The translations under genes and the position numbers were made by a program. Positions 30,686 to 40,016 of a stretch of 64,000 nt of DNA are shown piece by piece. A model generated the notes under the pieces. It did not search any database. It was not told the origin of the DNA and saw only the letters and a list, made by a program, of their open reading frames with translations. Positions within the stretch are counted from its first letter, which is position 1. Every line of letters begins with the position of its first letter. Origin of the DNA: Candidatus Bathyarchaeota archaeon (GTDB taxonomy: Archaea; Thermoproteota; Bathyarchaeia; Bathyarchaeales; Bathycorpusculaceae); the NCBI GenBank assembly GCA_963739305.1, contig CAVTZU010000011.1, positions 1 through 64,000 of the forward strand, written 5' to 3'.

Positions 30686-31370
30686 TCAGACCAACCCCGA
30701 TATCAAGTTTTAAACCTTCTACACCGCAATAAGGTATATAGGCTTACCGCTAAACGAAACAGACCTACATCTTCAGAATCACAATCAGCCCAAGCCAACA
30801 GTGGTCGACACTTCGCCGCCGATTCCAACGATACTTCCCAGTCTCGTCCGACATTTCGCACCGAATGTTGCTCACATCGTCAGAGATCAAGAAGATTCAT
30901 ACGACCTTCCAGAACCGACTCCGTCGTACAACAATTAGGTCCAACTAATAACGCAAGCTGTTCCGACAATTTTATATACGAGATGCGCAGTTAACACCAA
31001 TCGTGGCTAAGACAATGTCGGATCAGAACTTGAAAAAGCCTGAAACAAGAGAAGACCTCGTCAAAATACTGACGGAGGCCGCCAAGAAAGCCGCTGAAGG
31101 CCGCGCTGCACCGAAGGCCAGACCGACAAAACCGACAGTTCTCGGAACAGCAGAAGCACTAAACATTCACAGAGACACCCTTTACACGTGGCTAAAAGAG
31201 TTCAATGTCGATTTCAAAGAGATTACAGACAGTTTGCCGACAGAATTGATGTCGGAAACGCGAGAAGATGGGTCTGGACACACATATCTAATCGGTGAAG
31301 CCCTAATTGGAGAAGGAAACGAAGTTGCCCACATAGACTTGTTGATGGGAGACAAAGGCGGACCTGTCGG
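30546..31370. promoter_or_regulatory. Cluster of nine CCGACA/TGTCGG hexamers around the fae-hps promoter and 5' coding region
   Basis: Exact copies at 30546, 30848, 30963, 31016, 31123, 31132, 31237, 31250, 31365; TATA-like TTTATATA at 30971. Confidence 0.65.
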
Positions 31371-32472
31371 AGACGCTTTCGCATCAGGAATGTGCCATTT
31401 GTCCGCCGGTCACACCCCCCTGCTAGCGGTCATAAGACCAAACCTTCCGCCCAAACCGCACACGCTACTCGTACCCAAAGTCACTGTAAAGAACATGGGA
31501 GACGCAAGCAAGATTTTCGGACCAGCCCAAGCCGCAGTGGCCAAAGCGGTTGCAGACGCTGTCGAAGAAGGAATAATCCCCAAGGAAAAAATCGATGAAT
31601 GGGTAATCGTCGCAAGCGTTTTCATCCACCCTCAAGCAACAGACTTCCGCAAAATCTACCACTACAATTACGGAGCAACAAAGCTGGCTCTAAGAAGAGC
31701 CCTCGCGAAATATCCCACACTGGAAAAGATGCTTTACGACAAAGACAGAGCCAAGCACCCAATAATGGGATTCAAAGTGCCGCGTCTATGGAGACCACCA
31801 TACCTACAGATCTCACTGGACAATCCAGAGATAGAAAGTGCAAAAAGAGTCATATCGCACCTGCCTGGAAGCGACAGAATAATACTCGAAGTCGGCACAC
31901 CGCTCATCAAACGATACGGAACAAAAATAATCAGTCAACTCCGAGAAGTTGCCAAAGACATCTTCTTCGTTGCAGACTTAAAGACCCTTGACGTCGGCAA
32001 AGTGGAAGTTGACCTAGCTTATGACGAAACCGCAGACGCCGTAGTAGCTGCCGGACTCGCAGCTGCAGAAACGCTTGACTCATTCATTCACGAAGCCAGA
32101 AGACTCGGTATCTACTCAATAGTAGACATGCTAAACGTTGAAGACCCACTCAAGAAACTCAAATCAATCAAAGAGTTCCCGGACATCGTCGGATTGCACA
32201 GAGGAATAGATCAAGAAACCGGAAGAGAACATGGACTGGAGATCATCCCAGAAATAAGGCAAATCTTCAAAGACAAGAAATTCCTGATAGCCGTAGCCGG
32301 CGGAATAGTGCCTGAAACCGCAAAACAAGCTCTTCAAAAAGGCGCAGACATAATTATCGTCGGAAGATACATAACCCAATCAAGAGACGTCGAACACGCG
32401 GTCAGAGACTTCCTTGAAGCAACACCAGAAATGAGAGAAGACGTAGACCTCTTCAGGGTACATGTCGAATAA
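31003..32472 (+). CDS. fae-hps: HTH-fused bifunctional formaldehyde-activating enzyme / 3-hexulose-6-phosphate synthase (probable start ATG 31015)
   Basis: HTH TAEALNIHRDTLYTWLK; Fae GEALIGEGNEVAHIDL, FGPAQAAVAKAVAD; HPS LEVGTPLIKRYG, ADLKTLDVG, VAGG. Confidence 0.92.
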   Translation: MAKTMSDQNLKKPETREDLVKILTEAAKKAAEGRAAPKARPTKPTVLGTAEALNIHRDTLYTWLKEFNVDFKEITDSLPTELMSETREDGSGHTYLIGEALIGEGNEVAHIDLLMGDKGGPVGDAFASGMCHLSAGHTPLLAVIRPNLPPKPHTLLVPKVTVKNMGDASKIFGPAQAAVAKAVADAVEEGIIPKEKIDEWVIVASVFIHPQATDFRKIYHYNYGATKLALRRALAKYPTLEKMLYDKDRAKHPIMGFKVPRLWRPPYLQISLDNPEIESAKRVISHLPGSDRIILEVGTPLIKRYGTKIISQLREVAKDIFFVADLKTLDVGKVEVDLAYDETADAVVAAGLAAAETLDSFIHEARRLGIYSIVDMLNVEDPLKKLKSIKEFPDIVGLHRGIDQETGREHGLEIIPEIRQIFKDKKFLIAVAGGIVPETAKQALQKGADIIIVGRYITQSRDVEHAVRDFLEATPEMREDVDLFRVHVE

Positions 32473-32497
32473 ACCCCTCTCTCCTTTCTTTTTTCAA

Positions 32498-33754
32498 CTA
32501 GAAGAGCTTGAAAGAAACGTAAGCGACAAGAAAGATTACCCCTGCAGTGACAAAGACACAGAAGAAACCGAGCGTACCACCGAACGTTTGAGCGAGGAAA
32601 GGACCAATGAAGGAGCCGAAAGCACCGCCGACACCGATCAACACGTTGAATAAACCGGATTTTCCAGCAGGAATAAGCTCCATGGACAATGATAGCGTGT
32701 AGACCATAAACATCGCGAAAAGGAAACCCAACAAGATCAGAAGCGCAGTGGCGAATCCCACAGAAGAAATTCCTGAAAGATACAGGGCGAAAACAAAGGC
32801 AAATGCAAACAGACCTCTGGACAAAACAATTCTCCTCAGGTTTGTCTTCTCCCGCGACTCTTCCAAGCTGCGACCCGCTAATGCGTAACCTAAAATGGCT
32901 CCGCCAGAGTTCAGGACGTACATCGCAAAAACCATTCCTTCGGGAAGAGAAGCGCTCGAAACAATGTTCTTAATGAATATTGGTAGAGGCGTAAAAAGTA
33001 TGCTCGTAGCCAGAGAAAACAGGACCAAACCAACGCAGAAGGCAGTCACATTTTCCTTCTTCAGCTTCTCAGTGACAGACGCCCCGTCCAGAAGCCTCGA
33101 AGCCACGTAGATCCCGCGCGAAGCAAAATCCACGGCCTTCTCCATACCTACCAGTTTCCTTTCAAAAACCAATAAGGGGTCCCTAACAAGTACCACTGAA
33201 AGAACGAAGCCTACAAAATTCAAGCCGCTACATACAAAAAACGTCATCACTGAACCGATCCCAAGGATCGAAGTCACAAACCCTAACAACAGCCCGATAA
33301 GCCAACCAAATTCAGTCAAACCTTCGTAAAATGCGTAACTTCGATGCCAATCCTCATGCGAGTAAAGTTCAGCAATCAACACGTTTTTTGGAGGTTCATG
33401 CGCCATATGAAGTATCGACATCAAACCATAAAGAACTATCAACAGAAAAATGCTCTGCGTGTAAGTAAAAAAGTACAGGATGATTGCCGAGGTCAAGAAC
33501 GACAAAAGGATGTAACGCTTGTAACGTCGCGTCTTGTCGCACAAATATCCCCACAAGAAAGAGGCTGGAATCGCCACGAACAACGCGACGGCTGAAAAAA
33601 CGCCTATGTAAAACATGCCGTTGCTGGGGTCAATGCCAATAATATAGAGGGGGAGAAAAATAGACAGTAGTCCGAAGCCCATTTCGTGGAAGAAGAACCC
33701 CAGTCGCCACATAGCCAGAAAACGTCTCGCTAGTGAATTAAAACCTTTACGCAC
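32498..33754 (-). CDS. MFS transporter
   Basis: About 12 TM helices; WGYLCDKTRRYK motif A. Confidence 0.88.
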   Translation of the reverse strand: MRKGFNSLARRFLAMWRLGFFFHEMGFGLLSIFLPLYIIGIDPSNGMFYIGVFSAVALFVAIPASFLWGYLCDKTRRYKRYILLSFLTSAIILYFFTYTQSIFLLIVLYGLMSILHMAHEPPKNVLIAELYSHEDWHRSYAFYEGLTEFGWLIGLLLGFVTSILGIGSVMTFFVCSGLNFVGFVLSVVLVRDPLLVFERKLVGMEKAVDFASRGIYVASRLLDGASVTEKLKKENVTAFCVGLVLFSLATSILFTPLPIFIKNIVSSASLPEGMVFAMYVLNSGGAILGYALAGRSLEESREKTNLRRIVLSRGLFAFAFVFALYLSGISSVGFATALLILLGFLFAMFMVYTLSLSMELIPAGKSGLFNVLIGVGGAFGSFIGPFLAQTFGGTLGFFCVFVTAGVIFLVAYVSFKLF

Positions 33755-33855
33755 AAAAACCCGGCTTTTCTGTGGATAGCAAACAAACCTTTAACAAATC
33801 CTTAATAACGAGATGTTCAACTTTCATAACACTGCCTCAAAGAAGGCTATCTGCA

Positions 33856-34320
33856 ATGGCAAAGTTCAAAGTCATCGTTTCAGACCCTGAAACCGGCACC
33901 TCAAAAGTCGTCGAGCTTCAAGAAGCACGTGCTGCTCCGCTTGTCAGCAAGAAAATAGGCGAAGTCATCGACGGAGCAATAGTTGACATGCCAGGACATA
34001 AAGTGCAACTGATGGGTGGCTCCGACAAAGACGGGTTCCCTATGAGACCGAGCGTTCACGGCGGTGTCCGAAGGAGAATCGTACTCAGCGGAGGCGTCGG
34101 ATTTAACCCCACGGACCATGGAATGCGAAGACGCAAAACAGTCAGGGGAAACATTGTGACCGAAGAGATCGTTCAGGTGAATCTGAAAGTTGTTGAGAAG
34201 CCAAAAGGCGCCAAAGAAGCAAAGAAAACAAAAGAAAAGAAAGAAGAAAAAAGCTCAACCCCGAAAGAATCTCAAGCATCAGCTCAGCCTCCGGCTCAAC
34301 CGCAAAGCAAAGCTCAATGA
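33856..34320 (+). CDS. rps6e: 30S ribosomal protein S6e
   Basis: GGSDKDGFPM and RRRKTVRGN motifs. Confidence 0.95.
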   Translation: MAKFKVIVSDPETGTSKVVELQEARAAPLVSKKIGEVIDGAIVDMPGHKVQLMGGSDKDGFPMRPSVHGGVRRRIVLSGGVGFNPTDHGMRRRKTVRGNIVTEEIVQVNLKVVEKPKGAKEAKKTKEKKEEKSSTPKESQASAQPPAQPQSKAQ

Positions 34321-34392
34321 GCCCTTAACGTTTATTAGCAGCATCAAATCTAGTTCTTCAAGAATTTGTAAACATTCATGGGAAAATAGAGA

Positions 34393-35637
34393 ATGAGCAG
34401 CGAAAAACGTGCACCTTTGCCCCGTCAACCCGAAGTCAACGTCGGCACGATAGGACATGTCGATCATGGCAAGACAACCCTCGTCCAAGCGATGACCGGC
34501 GTCTGGGCCTCAAGACACAGCGAAGAGCTGAAGAGAGGCATTACTATCAAACTAGGGTATGCCGACATGCCAGTTTACCAATGCTCACAATGCGAATCGC
34601 CCTACAACCTTTCAACTTCACCAGACTGCCCCAAATGCAGTTCAAAAGGTGTTTTCGTCCGGGCAATCAGCTTTGTCGATGCCCCAGGGCACGAAGCATT
34701 GATGGCAACTATGCTCTCGGGAGCCGCCATTATGGATGGTGCTTTGCTAGTTATAGCTGCAGACGAGCCCTGCCCACAACCACAAACAAGAGAGCACCTG
34801 GCAGCTGCCGACGCCATCGGCATAAAAGACATAATAATCGTTCAGAACAAAATCGACATCGTTGACGAAAAAAGAGCACGCCAAAGCTATGCAGAGATAA
34901 AAGCTTTTGTGAAGGGAACCGCGGCGGAGAACGCGCCGATAATCCCAATCTCAGCACAACGCGGAGTAAACATCGACATTCTACTTGCAGCAATACAGCA
35001 AATCATTCCGACACCAAACAGAGACGAAACAAAACCGCCCTTCATGTACATAGTTCGCTCCTTTGACACCAACAAACCTGGCACAACTGTCGACAAACTG
35101 GAAGGCGGAGTGCTAGGTGGAACAATCGTCGAAGGAAAACTCCACGTGGGCGATGAACTAGAGATAAGGCCCGGAACAGTGGTAGAAGGAAAAGACACTT
35201 ATCAACCGTTGTTCAGCGAAATCGTAAGCCTGCAGGCAGGCCAAAGGAACGTGACAGAAGCCCGCTGCGGCGGACTAGTAGGCGTTGGGACACTCCTTGA
35301 CCCTTCATACTCAAAAGCCGACAGCCTCATCGGCAACATCGCCGGAAAACGCGACATGCTTCCCCCAACGACCTCGGAACTACTCCTAGAGACCAAAATT
35401 CTCGAGAGAGCCGTAGGCACGAAGGAGCTATCTAAAATCGAAGCAGTCGCAATGAACGAATCGCTCCTTCTCCACGTGGGCGCCGCCATCACCGTCGGCA
35501 AAGTATCGTCAGTGAGAAAGAACAGCGTCCAAATAAAACTCACCCGACCAGTGTGCGTCCAGAAAGGGTCAAGAGTCGCCTTAAGTAGAAAAATCGCGGG
35601 AAGATGGCGGCTAATCGGTTTCGGAATGATACTTTAG
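34393..35637 (+). CDS. eif2g: Translation initiation factor 2 gamma subunit
   Basis: GHVDHGKT, RGITIKLGY, DAPGHE, NKID, RWRLIG. Confidence 0.97.
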   Translation: MSSEKRAPLPRQPEVNVGTIGHVDHGKTTLVQAMTGVWASRHSEELKRGITIKLGYADMPVYQCSQCESPYNLSTSPDCPKCSSKGVFVRAISFVDAPGHEALMATMLSGAAIMDGALLVIAADEPCPQPQTREHLAAADAIGIKDIIIVQNKIDIVDEKRARQSYAEIKAFVKGTAAENAPIIPISAQRGVNIDILLAAIQQIIPTPNRDETKPPFMYIVRSFDTNKPGTTVDKLEGGVLGGTIVEGKLHVGDELEIRPGTVVEGKDTYQPLFSEIVSLQAGQRNVTEARCGGLVGVGTLLDPSYSKADSLIGNIAGKRDMLPPTTSELLLETKILERAVGTKELSKIEAVAMNESLLLHVGAAITVGKVSSVRKNSVQIKLTRPVCVQKGSRVALSRKIAGRWRLIGFGMIL

Positions 35638-35638
35638 G

Positions 35639-36064
35639 ATGATCGCAAAGCCTAAACCCACGAGAAAGATTCCTGCGATCATCTTGGATGCAAACGCTTT
35701 CTTTGTTCCCGTAACATTCAATATAGACATCTTCGAAGAATTGAAAAAGATTCTGAACAGAAACTTTGAACCCGTCCTGCTTTCTCCCACGCTGGAAGAA
35801 CTCCAAAGAATCTCAACCCGTGGTTCGCCGAAAATGCGAAAGCAAGCAGAAAACGCTTTGAGGCTAGCTCAAAAATGCAGGGTTTTGAAGATCGCTCATA
35901 GGAACGAGATCCCCGTTGACGACCTAATTGTCCAAGTGGCCAGCAATCAGAAATATGCGGTTTTCACCAATGACAGACAGTTAAGGAACAGGCTAAGAGA
36001 TATAAATGTGCCAGTGATCTATGTGAGACAAAAGTCACGTCTAGAAATCGACGGGAGGCTATGA
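35639..36064 (+). CDS. PIN-domain nuclease (Fcf1/Utp24-like)
   Basis: ILDAN, VDD, TND motifs; conserved position after eif2g. Confidence 0.88.
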   Translation: MIAKPKPTRKIPAIILDANAFFVPVTFNIDIFEELKKILNRNFEPVLLSPTLEELQRISTRGSPKMRKQAENALRLAQKCRVLKIAHRNEIPVDDLIVQVASNQKYAVFTNDRQLRNRLRDINVPVIYVRQKSRLEIDGRL

Positions 36065-36067
36065 CCC

Positions 36068-36667
36068 CTGTTCAAACTTATAACAAGAGAAGATACCATT
36101 CGCATTCCGCCTGAAACCTTCGGCAACCCACTGGAAGCTGTGGGACACCAACAGGTCAAGGCGAAGTATGAAGGCGTTGTTGACGAGGAACTGGGCTATG
36201 TCATCGCCGTCACACAAGTGAAAGTGAGCCAAATCGGCAAAATCATCCCTGGAGACGGTGCCACATACCATAAAGTAAGCTTTTCGTTGCTAACCTTCTA
36301 CCCTAAGATCCAAGAAGTTGTTGAAGGCGAAGTTGTTGAAATCGCCGACTTTGGTGCGTTCGTTCGCATAGGACCGATCGACGCGCTGCTTCACGTTTCG
36401 CAACTGATGGACGACTTCATTTCGTACGATGAGAAACAAGGGGTTCTTCTGGGGAAGGAGAGCAAGAGAAGGCTCATGAGCGGCGACCAAGTTCGCGTGC
36501 GCATAACGGCAGTTTCACTTGGGAGAGCTGGAAGTTCAGGCAAGATTGGCGTGACTGCAAGACAACCATTCCTGGGCAAGCTCGAATGGATAGACGCGGA
36601 TTTGCAGAAGATCAGAGAAGCTGCGGAAAAGAAACCAACAGAGAAGAAGGGGAAGGCAAGTGAGTGA
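36068..36667 (+). CDS. rpo7: RNA polymerase subunit Rpo7 (E')
   Basis: Frame extends upstream to CTG-FKLITREDTIRIPP; S1 domain FGAFVRIGPIDALLHVSQ; QPFLGKLEWI. Confidence 0.93.
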   Translation: MFKLITREDTIRIPPETFGNPLEAVGHQQVKAKYEGVVDEELGYVIAVTQVKVSQIGKIIPGDGATYHKVSFSLLTFYPKIQEVVEGEVVEIADFGAFVRIGPIDALLHVSQLMDDFISYDEKQGVLLGKESKRRLMSGDQVRVRITAVSLGRAGSSGKIGVTARQPFLGKLEWIDADLQKIREAAEKKPTEKKGKASE

Positions 36668-36845
36668 GAAAGCCTGCACCAACTGCCACTTTCTCACACG
36701 AGAGAACGTCTGCCCCAAGTGCAAAGGGACAAGCCTTAGCGACGATTTCAGTGGGCTGATTATTGTTTTTGACCCTGAAAACTCTGAGGTTGCAAAGGCC
36801 ATGAACATAAAAGAAAAGGGCCGCTTTGCGCTAAGGGTCAGATGA
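36660..36845 (+). CDS. spt4: Transcription elongation factor Spt4 (RpoE'')
   Basis: ACTNC..CPKC; DPENSEVAK; GRFALRVR. Confidence 0.93.
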   Translation: MSEKACTNCHFLTRENVCPKCKGTSLSDDFSGLIIVFDPENSEVAKAMNIKEKGRFALRVR

Positions 36846-36846
36846 A

Positions 36847-37380
36847 ATGCCGATCGAATACTATCTAACGCCAGAACTGCGTACAAGACTCAAACAGCCG
36901 TTGGGCATTCTGATCCGAGGTTCATTTGTTGAAACAATGAAGATGCTCAGAAAAGTGATTCAGGACGAGAAGCCTTCAGCCGTAATTTCTGTAGGAGACA
37001 CTGTCTCTAGAAACCTCGCAAAGAACGGTTTTACCCCTCAACTCTCAATTGTTGACAATAAGTGCATGCGAAAAAGCATAGAGCCAGCCAGGTTGGCGGC
37101 TGACCAAACCGTCTACGTGAAAAACCCGCAGGGAACGATTACGGATGAAGCTGAGGAAGCGATTGGAAATGCCCTCAGAGGAAACCAAAGCGTCAAAATG
37201 GTCGTAGAGGGAGAAGAAGACCTTCTAACGCTCCCCGCAATACTCCACGCATCTAACAATGCTCTTGTCGTTTACGGCCAACCCTACGAGGGAATCGTAG
37301 TCGTCATCGTGACCGATGAAAAAAGAGCAGAGGTCAAAGCAATCCTGAAGTCAATGGGAAAAACTCAAAAAGCTAAATAA
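36847..37380 (+). CDS. GTP-dependent dephospho-CoA kinase (DUF359)
   Basis: VGD, NPQGTIT, GEEDLL, YGQP motifs; conserved synteny. Confidence 0.9.
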   Translation: MPIEYYLTPELRTRLKQPLGILIRGSFVETMKMLRKVIQDEKPSAVISVGDTVSRNLAKNGFTPQLSIVDNKCMRKSIEPARLAADQTVYVKNPQGTITDEAEEAIGNALRGNQSVKMVVEGEEDLLTLPAILHASNNALVVYGQPYEGIVVVIVTDEKRAEVKAILKSMGKTQKAK

Positions 37381-37422
37381 GAGCGTGTAGCATCAAAGTC
37401 AACACCTCAACGAGGAAACATC

Positions 37423-37728
37423 ATGGAAGTCAAGATCATATCTGAGAAAGACAATCAGCTTCTGAAGCGCAAGGAAGTGCGTTTTCAAATCAAACATGCC
37501 GCAGCCTCCACACCGCCCAGGCTGGAAATCAGAAGGGCAGTTGCGGACGCGTTGAAGGCGAACGTTGACTTGGTCTTTGTGAAACGGTTCGTAACGAAGT
37601 CAGGAATGCACATCGCGATTGGTGTAGCAAACCTTTATGATACTGTTGACAATGCGAAGCTCGTGGAGCCTGAGTACATTGTCAAGAGGAACATTCCTCC
37701 TCCTAAAACTGAGGAAAAGAAGGAGTAA
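37423..37728 (+). CDS. rps24e: 30S ribosomal protein S24e
   Basis: NQLLKRKEV, TPPR, EPEYIVKRN. Confidence 0.92.
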   Translation: MEVKIISEKDNQLLKRKEVRFQIKHAAASTPPRLEIRRAVADALKANVDLVFVKRFVTKSGMHIAIGVANLYDTVDNAKLVEPEYIVKRNIPPPKTEEKKE

Positions 37729-37736
37729 GATAATAG

Positions 37737-38060
37737 ATGTCGAAGAAAGGCGATAAGAAGGAAGCATCAAAGAAAGCAGAGGAGCCTAAGAAAGAAGCAA
37801 AAAAGCCAGAAGCGCCGCCAGTGGAAGTGCCGAAGGAAGAAGCAAAACCAGCGCCGAAAGCAGAGAAAGCCCCAAAGCCGGAGAAGAAAAAGAAAGAAGA
37901 GAAGGGCATCTTCAAACTCTACAAGGTTGAACAAGACAAGGTCGTCAGACTTCGACCAACGTGCGAGCGGTGTGGACCAGGTTACTTTATGGCTGACCAC
38001 GGCAACAGGTACACGTGCGGACACTGTGGATTCACGCGGTATAAGCCAGTCAAGGAATAA
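37737..38060 (+). CDS. rps27ae: 30S ribosomal protein S27ae with a low-complexity N-terminal extension
   Basis: CERCGPGYFMADHGNRYTCGHCG. Confidence 0.93.
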   Translation: MSKKGDKKEASKKAEEPKKEAKKPEAPPVEVPKEEAKPAPKAEKAPKPEKKKKEEKGIFKLYKVEQDKVVRLRPTCERCGPGYFMADHGNRYTCGHCGFTRYKPVKE

Positions 38061-38091
38061 ACATCTTTAAATCGACCGATGATCAAGCTTC

Positions 38092-38532
38092 TTGATGGTC
38101 CCTAAAATGCTAAGGGTTAACGTTATTGTATCCAATATTTCTGCTGAACGCTTCCTAGATTTTCGAAAACCCTTCCCTCAAATTCACATCAGCACGAACC
38201 TCAACCTGACGAGTATGGAGAAGAAACCGGACGATTCTTTGGAAGTCCCGTTCATCCTAACAATCAGCTATAACCCCTCTGTAGCTCAGATTAACTTAAA
38301 GGGAACAGCATACGTTGTCGGAGAAAAGCACGAAATAGAACAGGCGTACAATGATTATGAGGCAAAGAAGCCCCCGCCGCCAGTGGTCATTCAATCCGTC
38401 TCAAACGTCGCTTTCATCGAGTCGGTTCTTATATCAAGAACTCTGAACGTTCCTCCACCAATTCCGTTGCCTCAGATTCCCGAAAACAAACCAATCGAAA
38501 AGAGGCCCTCCGACGGAGACTATACGCGTTAG
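38092..38532 (+). CDS. Conserved archaeal hypothetical protein (SecB-like fold suspected)
   Basis: Beta-rich core with ISRTLNVPPPIPLP tail. Confidence 0.7.
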   Translation: MMVPKMLRVNVIVSNISAERFLDFRKPFPQIHISTNLNLTSMEKKPDDSLEVPFILTISYNPSVAQINLKGTAYVVGEKHEIEQAYNDYEAKKPPPPVVIQSVSNVAFIESVLISRTLNVPPPIPLPQIPENKPIEKRPSDGDYTR

Positions 38533-38546
38533 AAAAGACTAGACGA

Positions 38547-38951
38547 TCATTTTAGAGGAACGTACATCGAAGAGCGAGAGGCACCTATGCCCGGAGTTCC
38601 GTGCCTAACGGGCTTGTTTGTGACCGCGAATTCACCCAAGTAATGCCCAATCATTTCAGGCTTTATTTCCACCTGAACAAAGTCTTTCCCATTATGAACA
38701 CCGATCACGAGCCCCACCATCTCTGGAAGTATTATCATGTTCCGAACGTGAGTTTTCACTGAAGAGCTTCCTCCCTTCCGCATTTCTTCCCGCGTCTGCC
38801 TAATCTTTTCAAGCAGTATTCTTTGTTCGGGTTGCAATCCACGGTGAAGACTTCGCCTCTGTCTAGACGGTAGAAGGTCGATGAACTCGTCCATCGACAT
38901 GCTTTGCAGTTGGCTGAGACTTAGTCCACGGTACATGTATTCCTTCGGCAT
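38547..38951 (-). CDS. rps19p: 30S ribosomal protein S19
   Basis: [15 protein letters not shown] and MIGHYLGEF. Confidence 0.97.
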   Translation of the reverse strand: MPKEYMYRGLSLSQLQSMSMDEFIDLLPSRQRRSLHRGLQPEQRILLEKIRQTREEMRKGGSSSVKTHVRNMIILPEMVGLVIGVHNGKDFVQVEIKPEMIGHYLGEFAVTNKPVRHGTPGIGASRSSMYVPLK

Positions 38952-38992
38952 TTCTACCTCACCCTAATCATTGCACCTGCAACTGTGAGCGT

Positions 38993-39736
38993 TTACTCCT
39001 TTGCTATTTTCTTCTTTTTCCTTCCAGTGCCGCGAGCCGCAATTAGACCGACCTTCTGTCCAGGAGGAGCTCCATGCGAGGTCGTCGTGCCTTTCCTTGC
39101 GCTTCTCTTGCTACTGCCATACGGGTGCACTGCGGCAACCATCTTTCGACCACTGGTCCTAGGATACTTTCGTCCTCTTGCTCTCATCAGATGGAATTTG
39201 GTACCCGCTTTTAAGAATGGTTTGTCTGTACGACCTGACCCTGAAACAATACCTATCGTTGCCCGACAGTAGTCTGCAACGTACTTCGACTTGCCCGACG
39301 GAAGCTTGACAATCGTACCATTGGGCGTGTGAGTTACAACGGTCGCATACGACCCCGAAGATTTCGAAAGTTTGCCACCGTCTCCTGGGCGAAGTTCTAT
39401 GTTGCAAATCATCGTGCCCTCAGGGATCTTGCCGACGGGAAGTATGTTTCCAACGTCAACAACTGCTTTTCCGCCGAACTGAATCGGTTTGCCCTCATAA
39501 ACGCCTTCGGGAACGACCGTGTAGAACGTCTCTCCGCTTTCGAACCTTATCAACCCCAACGGTGTCCCTCTTCCAGGGTCATGAACCAATTGTTTAACCA
39601 CGCCGCTCAGTGTAGTTTCAAAGCTTTCTTTCACTTTGGTTGAAGGATACCTTGCGGGCGCAACTCTCTTGTGTGTTGAAGCTTGGAACGTTGATCCCCC
39701 ACGCCCACGCCTCTGAACACGAATCCTCTTTCCCAT
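38993..39736 (-). CDS. rpl2p: 50S ribosomal protein L2
   Basis: MGKRIRVQRRGRG, HDPGRG, PPGQKVGLIAAR. Confidence 0.97.
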   Translation of the reverse strand: MGKRIRVQRRGRGGSTFQASTHKRVAPARYPSTKVKESFETTLSGVVKQLVHDPGRGTPLGLIRFESGETFYTVVPEGVYEGKPIQFGGKAVVDVGNILPVGKIPEGTMICNIELRPGDGGKLSKSSGSYATVVTHTPNGTIVKLPSGKSKYVADYCRATIGIVSGSGRTDKPFLKAGTKFHLMRARGRKYPRTSGRKMVAAVHPYGSSKRSARKGTTTSHGAPPGQKVGLIAARGTGRKKKKIAKE

Positions 39737-39755
39737 CAGTCAATCCACACCAAGC

Positions 39756-40016
39756 TTATAGTATTCCAAGTCTAATAGCGATGTCAGCTGCCTTGTAGTC
39801 AGGATGCAGTTTCACGAAAGCTTTCTTCTCGCCACGAGGGGTTATCTGCATGTTGACGTGCTGGACCTTCACTTCATAGAGCTGCTCCACCGCCTTCTTA
39901 ACGTCGCTTTTTCCAGCTTTCAAATCAACCATAAACACAATTTTGTTCTCTTTCTCCACCAATAAACTAGCAGACTCAGTCATCAGCGGATAAAGAATGA
40001 TGCTGTACGGGTCCAT
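39756..40016 (-). CDS. rpl23p: 50S ribosomal protein L23
   Basis: YPLMTE and KKAFVKL. Confidence 0.96.
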   Translation of the reverse strand: MDPYSIILYPLMTESASLLVEKENKIVFMVDLKAGKSDVKKAVEQLYEVKVQHVNMQITPRGEKKAFVKLHPDYKAADIAIRLGIL

